Position numbers and translations under genes: made by a program. Below are positions 9,502 to 17,783 of a stretch of 64,000 nucleotides of DNA, in pieces; positions within the stretch are counted from its first letter, which is position 1; each line of letters opens with the position of its first letter. The DNA comes from a virus, in the IMG/VR virus record IMGVR_UViG_3300020439_002657, positions 7,573 through 71,572 of that record, one strand, 5' to 3'. The notes beneath the pieces were generated by a model. The model was not told where the DNA came from and made no database searches. It worked only from the letters and a program-made list of their open reading frames with translations.

Positions 9502-9854
9502 TCATCCCCCCTCAGCTGCTTCTGAAGGGCCTCCTTTTGCAGCTGTATCTTATTCAAGCCTTCCTGGACGGGATCAATTCCCGCCCGGGAGATACTGCTG
9601 GCCATGCCCTTCGGCAGGATTTCCAGGGGATTCTTGAGGGACTCTAACATTTGGAGACGCAGGGAAGCCTGGGCTCGATTGGTTATGCTGGACATGTCCC
9701 CCAGCAGGGACTCCGCCGCGATCAGGAACCACTTCTGTTCCGGATACAGGTTGTCCAGTCCCTGGCTGGACGGGAGAGTTTTGTACCGGTTGAGGATGAA
9801 CAGGTCCATCATTACGTCCGGGTTGTACAGGTGTTTCTGTAGATCCTCCCCCAC
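9498..9854 (-). CDS. Tail assembly chaperone, second frame (T-like)
   Basis: Overlaps 9574..10188 in the +1 frame, opening right after an A9 run. Confidence 0.6.
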   Translation of the reverse strand: MGEDLQKHLYNPDVMMDLFILNRYKTLPSSQGLDNLYPEQKWFLIAAESLLGDMSSITNRAQASLRLQMLESLKNPLEILPKGMASSISRAGIDPVQEGLNKIQLQKEALQKQLRGDD

Positions 9855-10188
9855 TATTTTTTTTTAACCCCGCATAGAACTCGGACTGCTTCTTGATGTA
9901 TTGCTCATAGGCCTCTGTCACGAATTCCGGGTCTGGAAAGTCCATCCAGTCGGTTAGATTGGCCAGTGCGTCCGGTTTTTCTCGGATGGCAACGTTTAGG
10001 GTTTCTGCCATCAGGACGTATTGATAAGTCTGGTTCGGGATGCTCTGTAGCGGTTGGCCTTCGAGTCTTCGGGATACATTTAGATCGATGGCCAACTCTT
10101 CTTTGGGCAGCGGAATCAGCCCGAACAGAGTGTAGCCCTGGACGATGATTGTGAAGTCACGCTTTGGGTTCAGAATGTTCTGATGCAT
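9574..10188 (-). CDS. Tail assembly chaperone (G-like)
   Basis: Immediately downstream of tube gene; LKKN at A9 slip site. Confidence 0.65.
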   Translation of the reverse strand: MHQNILNPKRDFTIIVQGYTLFGLIPLPKEELAIDLNVSRRLEGQPLQSIPNQTYQYVLMAETLNVAIREKPDALANLTDWMDFPDPEFVTEAYEQYIKKQSEFYAGLKKNSGGGSTETPVQPGRNDGPVHPQPVQNSPVQPGTGQPVSGTEVVPDRGGVPAGGHVQHNQSSPGFPASPNVRVPQESPGNPAEGHGQQYLPGGN

Positions 10189-10622
10189 TAGTTATAGCCT
10201 TCCTTGTAGTCGATATCTCGGAGGACGAACTGGCAACGTTGGCCAGACAGTTCATTGTTGGAGATGTTGAATCCCCTGGTGTTAATGTGCCCGATTGCAG
10301 TTGCCACGCGCTTTCCAGTGGACTTTTCGTTGAACTCCATGAAGAAGCCTGCCGAAGCGGCTGTTGGGGAGCTGGTGTCGATCGGTATTACGCCCTCCGT
10401 TCCCCTTTTAGTAAGGATGTGAAACTCCATGGACAGGGTGCCATCCCAGCGGGTCGATTTGAACCCCCGTGGCTTCCAGTATCCGATGGCCTCCACTGGT
10501 TGCTGGTTTACGTTCTCTTCGATGTCGACGTTCTTCCCGAATCCGACCGGGGATCCGTTCATCTTGATGGTTACATCACAGCCAGTGAGGACCTCTGGAT
10601 TTTCAAGTTTGGGTGCTGGCAT
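10188..10622 (-). CDS. Tail tube protein
   Basis: 144 aa after sheath; TGCDVTIKMNGSPVGFGKNVDIEE...PVEAIG pattern; GGAGG SD. Confidence 0.8.
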   Translation of the reverse strand: MPAPKLENPEVLTGCDVTIKMNGSPVGFGKNVDIEENVNQQPVEAIGYWKPRGFKSTRWDGTLSMEFHILTKRGTEGVIPIDTSSPTAASAGFFMEFNEKSTGKRVATAIGHINTRGFNISNNELSGQRCQFVLRDIDYKEGYN

Positions 10623-10650
10623 TTATTATTCCTCCAGTGGCTACAGGGCC

Positions 10651-12426
10651 TTATGATTGCGCGCTCCCCCGGACAACGTCCAGATTGAGCAGGCTGAAAA
10701 TGTAATCGAGCGACGTGACGAGCTTCCCGTCCGGGAACTCGAAGTAGATTGCGTTGCCGTCGCGCCTGATAAGGAAGTCGCGTCTCCAGGCAGGCTGGCC
10801 GGTATATACGTTCCGGGTTAGCCAGCCGAAATTCCGGACGTAGTCCTGGTCGAATTTCAGCTCGATGAAAGTGCGAATGTCTGAATCCGTGAGAGTCGTT
10901 CCGAAGGCATCTGGATCGGTTGGCACTTCGCCGAGAAAGGCATCCTGGAGAGATTCTCGCAGGTCTTTGTTCAGTGCGAGCGCCGTGCAGGTAGTTGAAG
11001 CTTTGTTCAGAATCTGATTCGTTGCCTGATAGGTGGTGACATCAGATGTGATCTTAAAAGGACCATTGTTCGGTTTGCGATCCACAACAAGGCCCCCGGA
11101 CCGGATGGCTCTGCGGATGTCCCCGGTTCCAGGGATCTCGGGCGCATCTTCAATGTTCAGATCCTTGTAGAGGGCGGATTCCCGCATGTTTGAGGATGCT
11201 TTGATTGCATTGTGGATTACTGCCAGGAGCCATCCATCATAGGTTTTGGTGGTGATACCGTCTGCCCCTCGAACAGTTACCGGGGAAAGGCCGTAGACCA
11301 TGTATTCACTGTTGATCTGCTTTGCGTTGTCGCAACGGATAGTGAAATCATCGGTACGGTCAGCACCGAATCCTCCGAACCGTTCATCGGCTCCTTCCGG
11401 TCCGTTGGACTTGATGATGAAATCCGTGAGATAAGCCCCGGCACCTTGATTGGTGGAACAGAGGTTGATGAAGAAGCCTCGAACCTTCTCCAGCATATCG
11501 ATTGCATCTGTATAGTCTGTGGGCTGGGCTGCAGTCGATGCGCCACCCGAGAGGTATACGAATCCCACGGTGTCAGCCAGGGGCTTCCTGGCTCCGGTAA
11601 TCTCCAATTCGACGTTTCCGAGATTGAATAATGCCTGCGCCTGGCGATAAAGGAGAGCCTTTACCACGGCCCCTGCCTTGGCATCGACTCCACTTACATG
11701 GTCCAGGTTTCTGGTAAGAATATCCGGTGAGCTGTCGACAACGGCATTGTAACCGGCCATCGAATTGATGCGGACGGCCAGGTCGGCCAGGGTTGGAACG
11801 CTATCGACCGGAATATCAAGGTTTTCGGTCCCATCGGTCTGGCCGGTGAGAGTTGTTGTAAGGTTGGATCCATCAAAGGAAAGCTCTGCTGTGGTAGCAT
11901 CTCCGCTGTATGTGATTGTAATATCCTGGGCATCGAGGCCGGTTGCGGATTGAATACCGTTGGAGTCGCCGACCTCTACTGAGTCGCCTGCAGCCGAGAT
12001 CCTGATTCGAGACTCATTGCCCCGGGGACCGGGAGTAACATACTTAGCGGAGTATTGGGACGCAGCAGTGTTATCCAGACTTGCGGACGCCCTGGTATTG
12101 ACCGCCAGATTCAGTGCTCGAATAAGCAACGGACCACCGGCGAACCTGCTATCCCTGGAAGGAGAGAAGGCAGCTTTGATGGCATCGAGGAGCGGACCGG
12201 AAACCAGAACCTGCTTGGCTTCCTCAAAGGAAGTGAATTCCATCACCCGTTTGAGCATGGGGAGGCTGGTATCCAGAGCATTCCAGCCGTTGTTCGCTTC
12301 GCCGATTAGTATTTGCGTATTGAAGTCCGGAGAGATCCCGCCGGACTGTGGTTTGGCGCGGAATGCGGAGTAAGATCCTGGAACAATGAATCCGCGTCCC
12401 AAAAATTCTACTGTTCTTGTTGGCAT
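10651..12426 (-). CDS. Tail sheath protein
   Basis: 591 aa; F.GRGFIVPGSYS, LIGEANNG, LSGG, DVTTYQ motifs of SPO1/A511-like sheaths. Confidence 0.9.
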   Translation of the reverse strand: MPTRTVEFLGRGFIVPGSYSAFRAKPQSGGISPDFNTQILIGEANNGWNALDTSLPMLKRVMEFTSFEEAKQVLVSGPLLDAIKAAFSPSRDSRFAGGPLLIRALNLAVNTRASASLDNTAASQYSAKYVTPGPRGNESRIRISAAGDSVEVGDSNGIQSATGLDAQDITITYSGDATTAELSFDGSNLTTTLTGQTDGTENLDIPVDSVPTLADLAVRINSMAGYNAVVDSSPDILTRNLDHVSGVDAKAGAVVKALLYRQAQALFNLGNVELEITGARKPLADTVGFVYLSGGASTAAQPTDYTDAIDMLEKVRGFFINLCSTNQGAGAYLTDFIIKSNGPEGADERFGGFGADRTDDFTIRCDNAKQINSEYMVYGLSPVTVRGADGITTKTYDGWLLAVIHNAIKASSNMRESALYKDLNIEDAPEIPGTGDIRRAIRSGGLVVDRKPNNGPFKITSDVTTYQATNQILNKASTTCTALALNKDLRESLQDAFLGEVPTDPDAFGTTLTDSDIRTFIELKFDQDYVRNFGWLTRNVYTGQPAWRRDFLIRRDGNAIYFEFPDGKLVTSLDYIFSLLNLDVVRGSAQS

Positions 12427-12647
12427 TACTTACCTCTCCAGAGTTCGGCCCATACGGCTTCGAAGTCCTTGCGGGATCCGCAACGGGCGCGGAATACTTC
12501 CTTTACTTTGGCCGGGATCGGACCTTTTTTCTTTTCAAGGTCCGTCAGGAATTGCTCCATGGGCGGGTATTTGCGCCGCTTCGCTGTTTGCTTCGCAGGT
12601 TCCCTGGGTTTGTCCTGCGCCTGCTCCGCCTTCTGCTCACTGGCCAT
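12426..12647 (-). CDS. Small hypothetical protein before sheath
   Basis: ATG 12647 with AAGGAG SD (MASEQKAEQAQ...); stop/start overlap with sheath. Confidence 0.6.
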   Translation of the reverse strand: MASEQKAEQAQDKPREPAKQTAKRRKYPPMEQFLTDLEKKKGPIPAKVKEVFRARCGSRKDFEAVWAELWRGK

Positions 12648-13413
12648 TGGATTCTCCTTGAACGACGCTGTGCCCAGCATCGAAGTCGAATAGCCCTCGG
12701 GTCTTGAAAACCGTGCGGCTATCTTCCATGTGTATATCAAAGCCGGTAATATCGGGGAAGAGGTGGGCTGGCTTTTTGCGGAAGACTCTGCGCGGTTGGC
12801 GGAGTTTGACCGGAATCTCGAATCCCCAGACGGGGCTTGCGAATTGGTTCGAGGTAATGTTCACCTCATGGGTTTCATCGATATCAACCTTGACTCCGGG
12901 GAATGCCTCCATGATATCCTGGGCCATCGGAGCCATCAGCGATTCGACCGTTTCATAGAGTATGCGGAGAGTAGGGCGCCCTGCACCTCCGGATGTGAAG
13001 CCAGCAATGATGACTTCAGATTGAACCATGTGCAGCCAGGTTTCGACGATGTCGGCTTCACCGAGTTCCTCTGCCGCAGCCTCCGGAGCTGCACGGGATT
13101 CACGTGGAAGGGAGGAAGTGTAGTTATGAAGGGCGGCCCGAAAACGATCGGTAGGCTTAAAACGGCGGAAATTGTGCCCTATATAGTCTTCTCGAATATC
13201 TCTGGTCCACTCCACCCCAACTCGGGGAAAATTGCGGTCGAATCCGGACTCAGAAATCCCTTCAACAAACAGTGGGTGGCCATTGATTACAGGCGCATCT
13301 ACGTTGCGTGTTCGAAGTCCGGTCAGAGGCAAATTGCCCTGGAGCCAGAGCTTCACCGTATTCTCGGGCGGAGCAATATGAACGGTCAGAATTGTGGGGC
13401 GGGGATCGGCCAC
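12637..13413 (-). CDS. Putative tail completion/terminator protein
   Basis: 258 aa; FPRVGVEW...EDYIG; position upstream of sheath. Confidence 0.6.
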   Translation of the reverse strand: MADPRPTILTVHIAPPENTVKLWLQGNLPLTGLRTRNVDAPVINGHPLFVEGISESGFDRNFPRVGVEWTRDIREDYIGHNFRRFKPTDRFRAALHNYTSSLPRESRAAPEAAAEELGEADIVETWLHMVQSEVIIAGFTSGGAGRPTLRILYETVESLMAPMAQDIMEAFPGVKVDIDETHEVNITSNQFASPVWGFEIPVKLRQPRRVFRKKPAHLFPDITGFDIHMEDSRTVFKTRGLFDFDAGHSVVQGESNGQ

Positions 13414-13448
13414 GCTCTGATTGTGGGCCTTTCCTGATTATCGGTCAC
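13414..13448 (-). promoter_or_regulatory. Putative phage late promoter (tail operon)
   Basis: GTGACC gataatcaggaaaggcc CACAAT cagagc GTG. Confidence 0.7.
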
Positions 13449-13484
13449 GAATGAAGCTCTCCAAGGGCTCTGTAAAAAAGACTG

Positions 13485-13520
13485 TTTACGGAGTGCCCTG
13501 TCATTGTTAGAATTGTCTCG
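13485..13520 (+). promoter_or_regulatory. Sigma70-like promoter, leaderless
   Basis: TTTACG-17-TAGAAT with TG extension, 7 nt before ATG 13521. Confidence 0.55.
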
Positions 13521-13775
13521 ATGGATGATCTGGACAAGATCCTGAAAGAAGTCGATGCTACAGAGCGAAAGCTGGCGTCTCTGCGGACTCGCCTGCAAGA
13601 ATGGATTACCGTTCACCTGGAACCATACTCGACCCGTGAGGCGGCAGATCGTCTGGGTGTATCTCATGCATATATCCAGAACCTTCGTCGCGGGGAAGGC
13701 TCCGCAAAGGGGAAACTTCGAACCTCTACAATGGTCCAAATCGCAGAAAAAATTCGCGCCGTTGATACAGTGTAA
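13521..13775 (+). CDS. HTH (XRE-like) DNA-binding protein
   Basis: STREAADRLGVSHAYIQNLRRG helix-turn-helix. Confidence 0.75.
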   Translation: MDDLDKILKEVDATERKLASLRTRLQEWITVHLEPYSTREAADRLGVSHAYIQNLRRGEGSAKGKLRTSTMVQIAEKIRAVDTV

Positions 13776-13784
13776 AATTTACTG

Positions 13785-13813
13785 TTGACAACCGTTTCCG
13801 GTTCGCCTATCTT
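13785..13813 (+). promoter_or_regulatory. Sigma70-like promoter
   Basis: TTGACA-17-TATCTT, then GGAGG SD and ATG 13833. Confidence 0.65.
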
Positions 13814-13832
13814 ATTCTTGTGGGAGGATCTG

Positions 13833-14162
13833 ATGGCAGAAAGCAGCGACAGTCGAAATTTGGTTCATCTCCGAAACTATAGCGCCAAGCGTGTGTTTTG
13901 GAGCGATGACGATGCACGATGGCTCAAGAGGCATCCAGGGACAAGCCATACCGTCGCTTCCGCGATTTTTGAAGTGTCCGAGATAACCGGTCGGCGAAGG
14001 ATTGATATTCTAAGGAATCCGAGTCGTGAGGAGTTTGCTCTGGTGATGCATATTGCCATGAACCTGCCCATAATGATTAAGTCCCTGAAGTGGGAGGGGA
14101 CTGAGTACGATCTGAGTGAGGTGGAAAAGTATGAAAGCCGAGAGTACAAAGTCGAAAGTTAG
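13833..14162 (+). CDS. Hypothetical protein
   Basis: ATG 13833 with GGAGG SD (MAESSDSRNL...). Confidence 0.65.
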   Translation: MAESSDSRNLVHLRNYSAKRVFWSDDDARWLKRHPGTSHTVASAIFEVSEITGRRRIDILRNPSREEFALVMHIAMNLPIMIKSLKWEGTEYDLSEVEKYESREYKVES

Positions 14163-14565
14163 GGTTTCCGGTAGATATTTCCGAGAGAAAATCGAGAGGC
14201 TCTTTCTGCGAATCCATGAGGCCGGGAAACGGACTATGAAGTTGACCGAATCGGAGCGAGCCGTCCGCTTGATCCAGAACAGTCTGGACAGAGACTTCAA
14301 AGAGGGATTCCGGAAGCGTGAGCATGGCCAGGACGCATACCAGATTGCAGAAGCGCACCAGGCCAAAATTGCTGACCAGATTCAGGCGGAGCAGGATGCC
14401 CAGGAGGCGGAGTATCTGGCCGAAGTGATCGAAGTGCTGAGGGAAACTCTGTCTGCTGCAGAGATGCGCAAAGCGGAGATCGACAGCGGTAGAGGCACAG
14501 TGCTATTTCTGGAACGCAGGCGCCATCTGGCCGAAGCCCAGGCAAGAATCCAGAAAGCAGTGTAG
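14116..14565 (+). CDS. Hypothetical coiled-coil protein (start uncertain)
   Basis: ORF overlapping the previous gene end; E/A/Q-rich helical. Confidence 0.6.
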   Translation: MRWKSMKAESTKSKVRVSGRYFREKIERLFLRIHEAGKRTMKLTESERAVRLIQNSLDRDFKEGFRKREHGQDAYQIAEAHQAKIADQIQAEQDAQEAEYLAEVIEVLRETLSAAEMRKAEIDSGRGTVLFLERRRHLAEAQARIQKAV

Positions 14566-14588
14566 CCGTGGGTCGGGCTTTCTTGATT

Positions 14589-16049
14589 TCAGGCCTCGTT
14601 GAAGGTTTCGATGCGGGATTTGAGGATCTGCACTCCATCTGGTCGAAACCCGAGCGGCCGGGACTTCGCGAAGGCCAGTTCATCGAAAGTGAAATCCTGG
14701 AAAATTCCGTTGGCCATCATGACCTTCAATCCGTCCTCCAGTTTCTGAACCACTTTTCCTATTTGGTTGCGGACTCTGGATTTCGGGTTGGTGATTTGCA
14801 CTATATCGCCAGCTTCGGCGGCATCAATGCTTGCATTAGGTCCTTTTCGTTTTCGCTGCTCCTGGGCGCGCTTTTCAAAATCCTCATGCCGCTGCTGGAC
14901 AACAGCATGATCTTCGGCGGGTTTTGCGGCCATGGGCTTCTTGGATGGTATGCCACCACGCTGGGGGGCCATCGGACGCTTTTCTGAACCTGATCCGGGC
15001 TTTTTGGGGACTTGTCCACTTTGCTCTTTTTTTACCGGGCGAGGGCGAGGGCCAGGGCTTTCGTCCGGACGAACCCAGACCGTCTGCCGGTGGCCTGCCT
15101 GATTGGTGATGACCTTCTTAACCAGACCCTGCCGGTTCCCGGCCTTGAATACCGCGAGCATTCGGCCCAGGTTGGATTTCAGATTCAATCGTTCGGCCAA
15201 CCGCTTGCGAAAACCGAGATTCTTCCGGATTCTCTTCCTCACCTTGCTCATCGGAGTATCTGGATCCCGGTCTATGTTGGTTGGGTAGCGGGTCTTGATG
15301 TTCTCGAAGTCATCGAGACGAGTTTCAAATGCTTCGCGGGTATCTTCTTCACTGTCTTCCAGCAATTTGTCTAAACGTTCATCGATCTGATCATGACGGT
15401 CCCCAACTTTCTCCCAGATCAGGTCGTGCAGGTCCGTTTGCTTGTCGTCGATAGTCTCCTTTTCGATTTCTATCTCATCCTCCGCTGCGGATTCAGCATC
15501 GTCCTCATCCTCGTATTCGGAGCCGACCATCTTCCGATGCTTTTCCATTATTTGATTGTAGCGGTGCCCACCTTCTTCGAGTGAAGCCATGCGCTCATCA
15601 AGCTTCTTCAGTGCGTCAGCATATTTGGCGTTTATTTGGGTTTCGTGATGGTCCTTTAGATACTGGCGGACCTGATCCAAGTAATCCTCGGCACGGCGCC
15701 GGGCACGACTTCCAACTTGTTCGGCCTTTACGCTATGGAATATCAGGCGCTTCTCCGCCTCTTTAAGTTCATGCTTGTAATATTCCGAATCGGGGTGTTC
15801 GCTCAGTTTGCTCTTGATCCCATCGATCCGAGACTTCAGATCTTCCATGGCGAAGCGGTGCTCGCGGGCCTTCTCGTCTGCGGGAGCCATCCGCTTCGTG
15901 AGCTTGTCCAGGTGCTTCCGGACATCTTTTTTGACTTCCTTCCACCCTTGCGGCGTTTTCATATAATCGCCATTCGCCCAATGGTGGATTTCTCCCAGGG
16001 CTGCACCACGCGCTTTTAGTATTTCAATAAGGCTTTCAAGACCAAACAT
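14589..16049 (-). CDS. Putative internal virion protein (two tagged segments: coiled-coil and KOW-like)
   Basis: ILK|A then GEIHHWANGDYMKTPQGW; internal VFK|A then RQGLVKKVITNQAGHRQTVWVRP; AGDIVQITNP...QIGKV KOW-like motif; ends QILKSRI. Confidence 0.75.
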   Translation of the reverse strand: MFGLESLIEILKARGAALGEIHHWANGDYMKTPQGWKEVKKDVRKHLDKLTKRMAPADEKAREHRFAMEDLKSRIDGIKSKLSEHPDSEYYKHELKEAEKRLIFHSVKAEQVGSRARRRAEDYLDQVRQYLKDHHETQINAKYADALKKLDERMASLEEGGHRYNQIMEKHRKMVGSEYEDEDDAESAAEDEIEIEKETIDDKQTDLHDLIWEKVGDRHDQIDERLDKLLEDSEEDTREAFETRLDDFENIKTRYPTNIDRDPDTPMSKVRKRIRKNLGFRKRLAERLNLKSNLGRMLAVFKAGNRQGLVKKVITNQAGHRQTVWVRPDESPGPRPRPVKKEQSGQVPKKPGSGSEKRPMAPQRGGIPSKKPMAAKPAEDHAVVQQRHEDFEKRAQEQRKRKGPNASIDAAEAGDIVQITNPKSRVRNQIGKVVQKLEDGLKVMMANGIFQDFTFDELAFAKSRPLGFRPDGVQILKSRIETFNEA

Positions 16050-16099
16050 ACAGGGTAACCCAATCCATCAATTATGCGGATGAATCCATCGTAGTGGGC

Positions 16100-17518
16100 T
16101 CAGTCATCCACTACCATTTCCACACCTTCGCCTTCGCCCGCCACGTCCTCCATGGCCTCTATCCGTTTCATTTCTTCTTCGGTGAAGCCCCATTCATCGC
16201 GGGCCAGAGCCTGCAGCAGCTCGGCATCGGTACGTTTTTGCTCCTTCTCTTCCATATCTTCTCCTCCCTTCACTATTGCTATGCGTTGTTCACGGGAGAG
16301 CCTGGATTTGATAATCTGAAACAGCCAGGATTTTCCGATCCTGTTTCTGAACTTTGAATAATGCTCGGAGTCATGGATAGTCTCAGATGCATTCGTCTTT
16401 GTATAGACGAGCCGTGAAGGCTCTCCCAGCTTCACATTTGTGTCATAGATGGCTGCAGAATCAACCATCTCTGCGATCTTCTGGAACCCGCTCGGGATAC
16501 CGGCATAAGCACCTTTCAGAACGCCGTCCGGGACGTAGCGGCCGGTTTTTCTCGCTCGCTGTTTGGCGCGATCCAGAGCAACATCCATCGGGGTGTCAGC
16601 CATCATAAGCTTGATTTCGTATCCCTGGTCCCTGAGCTTCTGGATATTCTTTTCGTAGGATGCTGTCTTTGAACCTGTCCCATCGATAACCAGGTTCTTC
16701 CGGGCATTGATGGCTTCTTCTCTGATCTGCTTCACCAGGTAGCTGGACTCTTCGTGCGCCATTTCGGCCGCTTTTTTCAATCGGTTGTTCACCCCAACGC
16801 GATATTCCGGAATCAGGTTCTTTACTGCATCAGCATCGGCGACAACGAAATCTTCCATGCTACCCAGACCAGCGGACTTCACCATCGTCGACTTGCCGGA
16901 TGCCGGGCCACCCATCATCATAATAGCAACCGGTTTCTCCCCGGACGGCACGGTCGGCTTCCCTTCAAGAAAGCGCTGCTTGATTAGGTTGTGCAGGAAC
17001 TCCCGGCTCTCCTTTGGCTCTCCACCTTCATCTGGATGGCCGGTGAAGTGTTCCTCCCAGGTTTCCGAAGGCATCCCTTCTGGAATTCCTTCATTCCACC
17101 GACCAGGTCGAGGGATAGGATCACCAATGTTCGGGTTCGTTACAATATTATAGAATGCCTGGGCCTTGGCCGATTCAACATCAGCGGGAGCCCATATCTG
17201 GTTTACGCCCTGGTCTTTGTACTTGCGTTCTCTGGGTTTCTTGCCGGTGCCCTTCTTTGCCTTTCCGCTTTTGTCGGACCCGTCGTTTCTGGATTGAGAT
17301 TGTTTGCTACGGACAGACTGGTCGGAGCTGGAGGATCCGGCTTCCCTGTCACCGGTACTTTTCTTGGAGTCCGTATCCGACTTTCCCGGGGCTTTTGCTT
17401 TGGATTTCTCCTGCTCCGGGTTTACGTAAACGGTCTGGCGACGGCCTTTCTTATTCGTAATGACTTTGCGGACGAGATGAGCTCGATTGGCCGCCTTAAG
17501 AATATGAATGCCCTTCAT
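16100..17518 (-). CDS. Zeta-toxin-family P-loop kinase with N-terminal basic tag
   Basis: MMMGGPASGKST Walker A, ADADAVK, HEESS, NLVIDGTG, RARKTGRYVP typical of Zeta_toxin family. Confidence 0.85.
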   Translation of the reverse strand: MKGIHILKAANRAHLVRKVITNKKGRRQTVYVNPEQEKSKAKAPGKSDTDSKKSTGDREAGSSSSDQSVRSKQSQSRNDGSDKSGKAKKGTGKKPRERKYKDQGVNQIWAPADVESAKAQAFYNIVTNPNIGDPIPRPGRWNEGIPEGMPSETWEEHFTGHPDEGGEPKESREFLHNLIKQRFLEGKPTVPSGEKPVAIMMMGGPASGKSTMVKSAGLGSMEDFVVADADAVKNLIPEYRVGVNNRLKKAAEMAHEESSYLVKQIREEAINARKNLVIDGTGSKTASYEKNIQKLRDQGYEIKLMMADTPMDVALDRAKQRARKTGRYVPDGVLKGAYAGIPSGFQKIAEMVDSAAIYDTNVKLGEPSRLVYTKTNASETIHDSEHYSKFRNRIGKSWLFQIIKSRLSREQRIAIVKGGEDMEEKEQKRTDAELLQALARDEWGFTEEEMKRIEAMEDVAGEGEGVEMVVDD

Positions 17519-17553
17519 GGACCCGTTATAGCCGGAAAACGGCTATCGGGCAT
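17519..17553 (-). promoter_or_regulatory. Putative phage late promoter
   Basis: ATGCCC gatagccgttttccggc TATAAC gggtcc ATG. Confidence 0.75.
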
Positions 17554-17561
17554 CTGTCGAT

Positions 17562-17783
17562 TCAGTCTCCGGTCTGTAGATCGTCCATCTCAAGGTCGTT
17601 ATCCAGAATCACTGCGTAACGGAGCATTTGTTCCACTGTTACTGGTTTCCCCTCCTGCATGCAAATTGAGGCCAGGGAATCGTAGACCCTGTCCGGACCC
17701 AGACTCGCCAGGTGTGGGAAATCAGCCTGCACTGCTTCAAAGAGCTGCTGCTTGATGTCTGCGTTCATGTGTTCTTCCTTCAC
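17562..17783 (-). CDS. Small acidic hypothetical protein
   Basis: 73 aa ORF overlapping the end of the giant gene; GAAGGAAG upstream of the internal Met (MNADIK). Confidence 0.6.
   Translation of the reverse strand: MKEEHMNADIKQQLFEAVQADFPHLASLGPDRVYDSLASICMQEGKPVTVEQMLRYAVILDNDLEMDDLQTGD

Noticed and set aside
16050-16099. Late promoter for 14589..16049
   Set aside because: Only a degenerate CC-GCATA match at 28 nt; the gene may be co-transcribed from the Zeta promoter.
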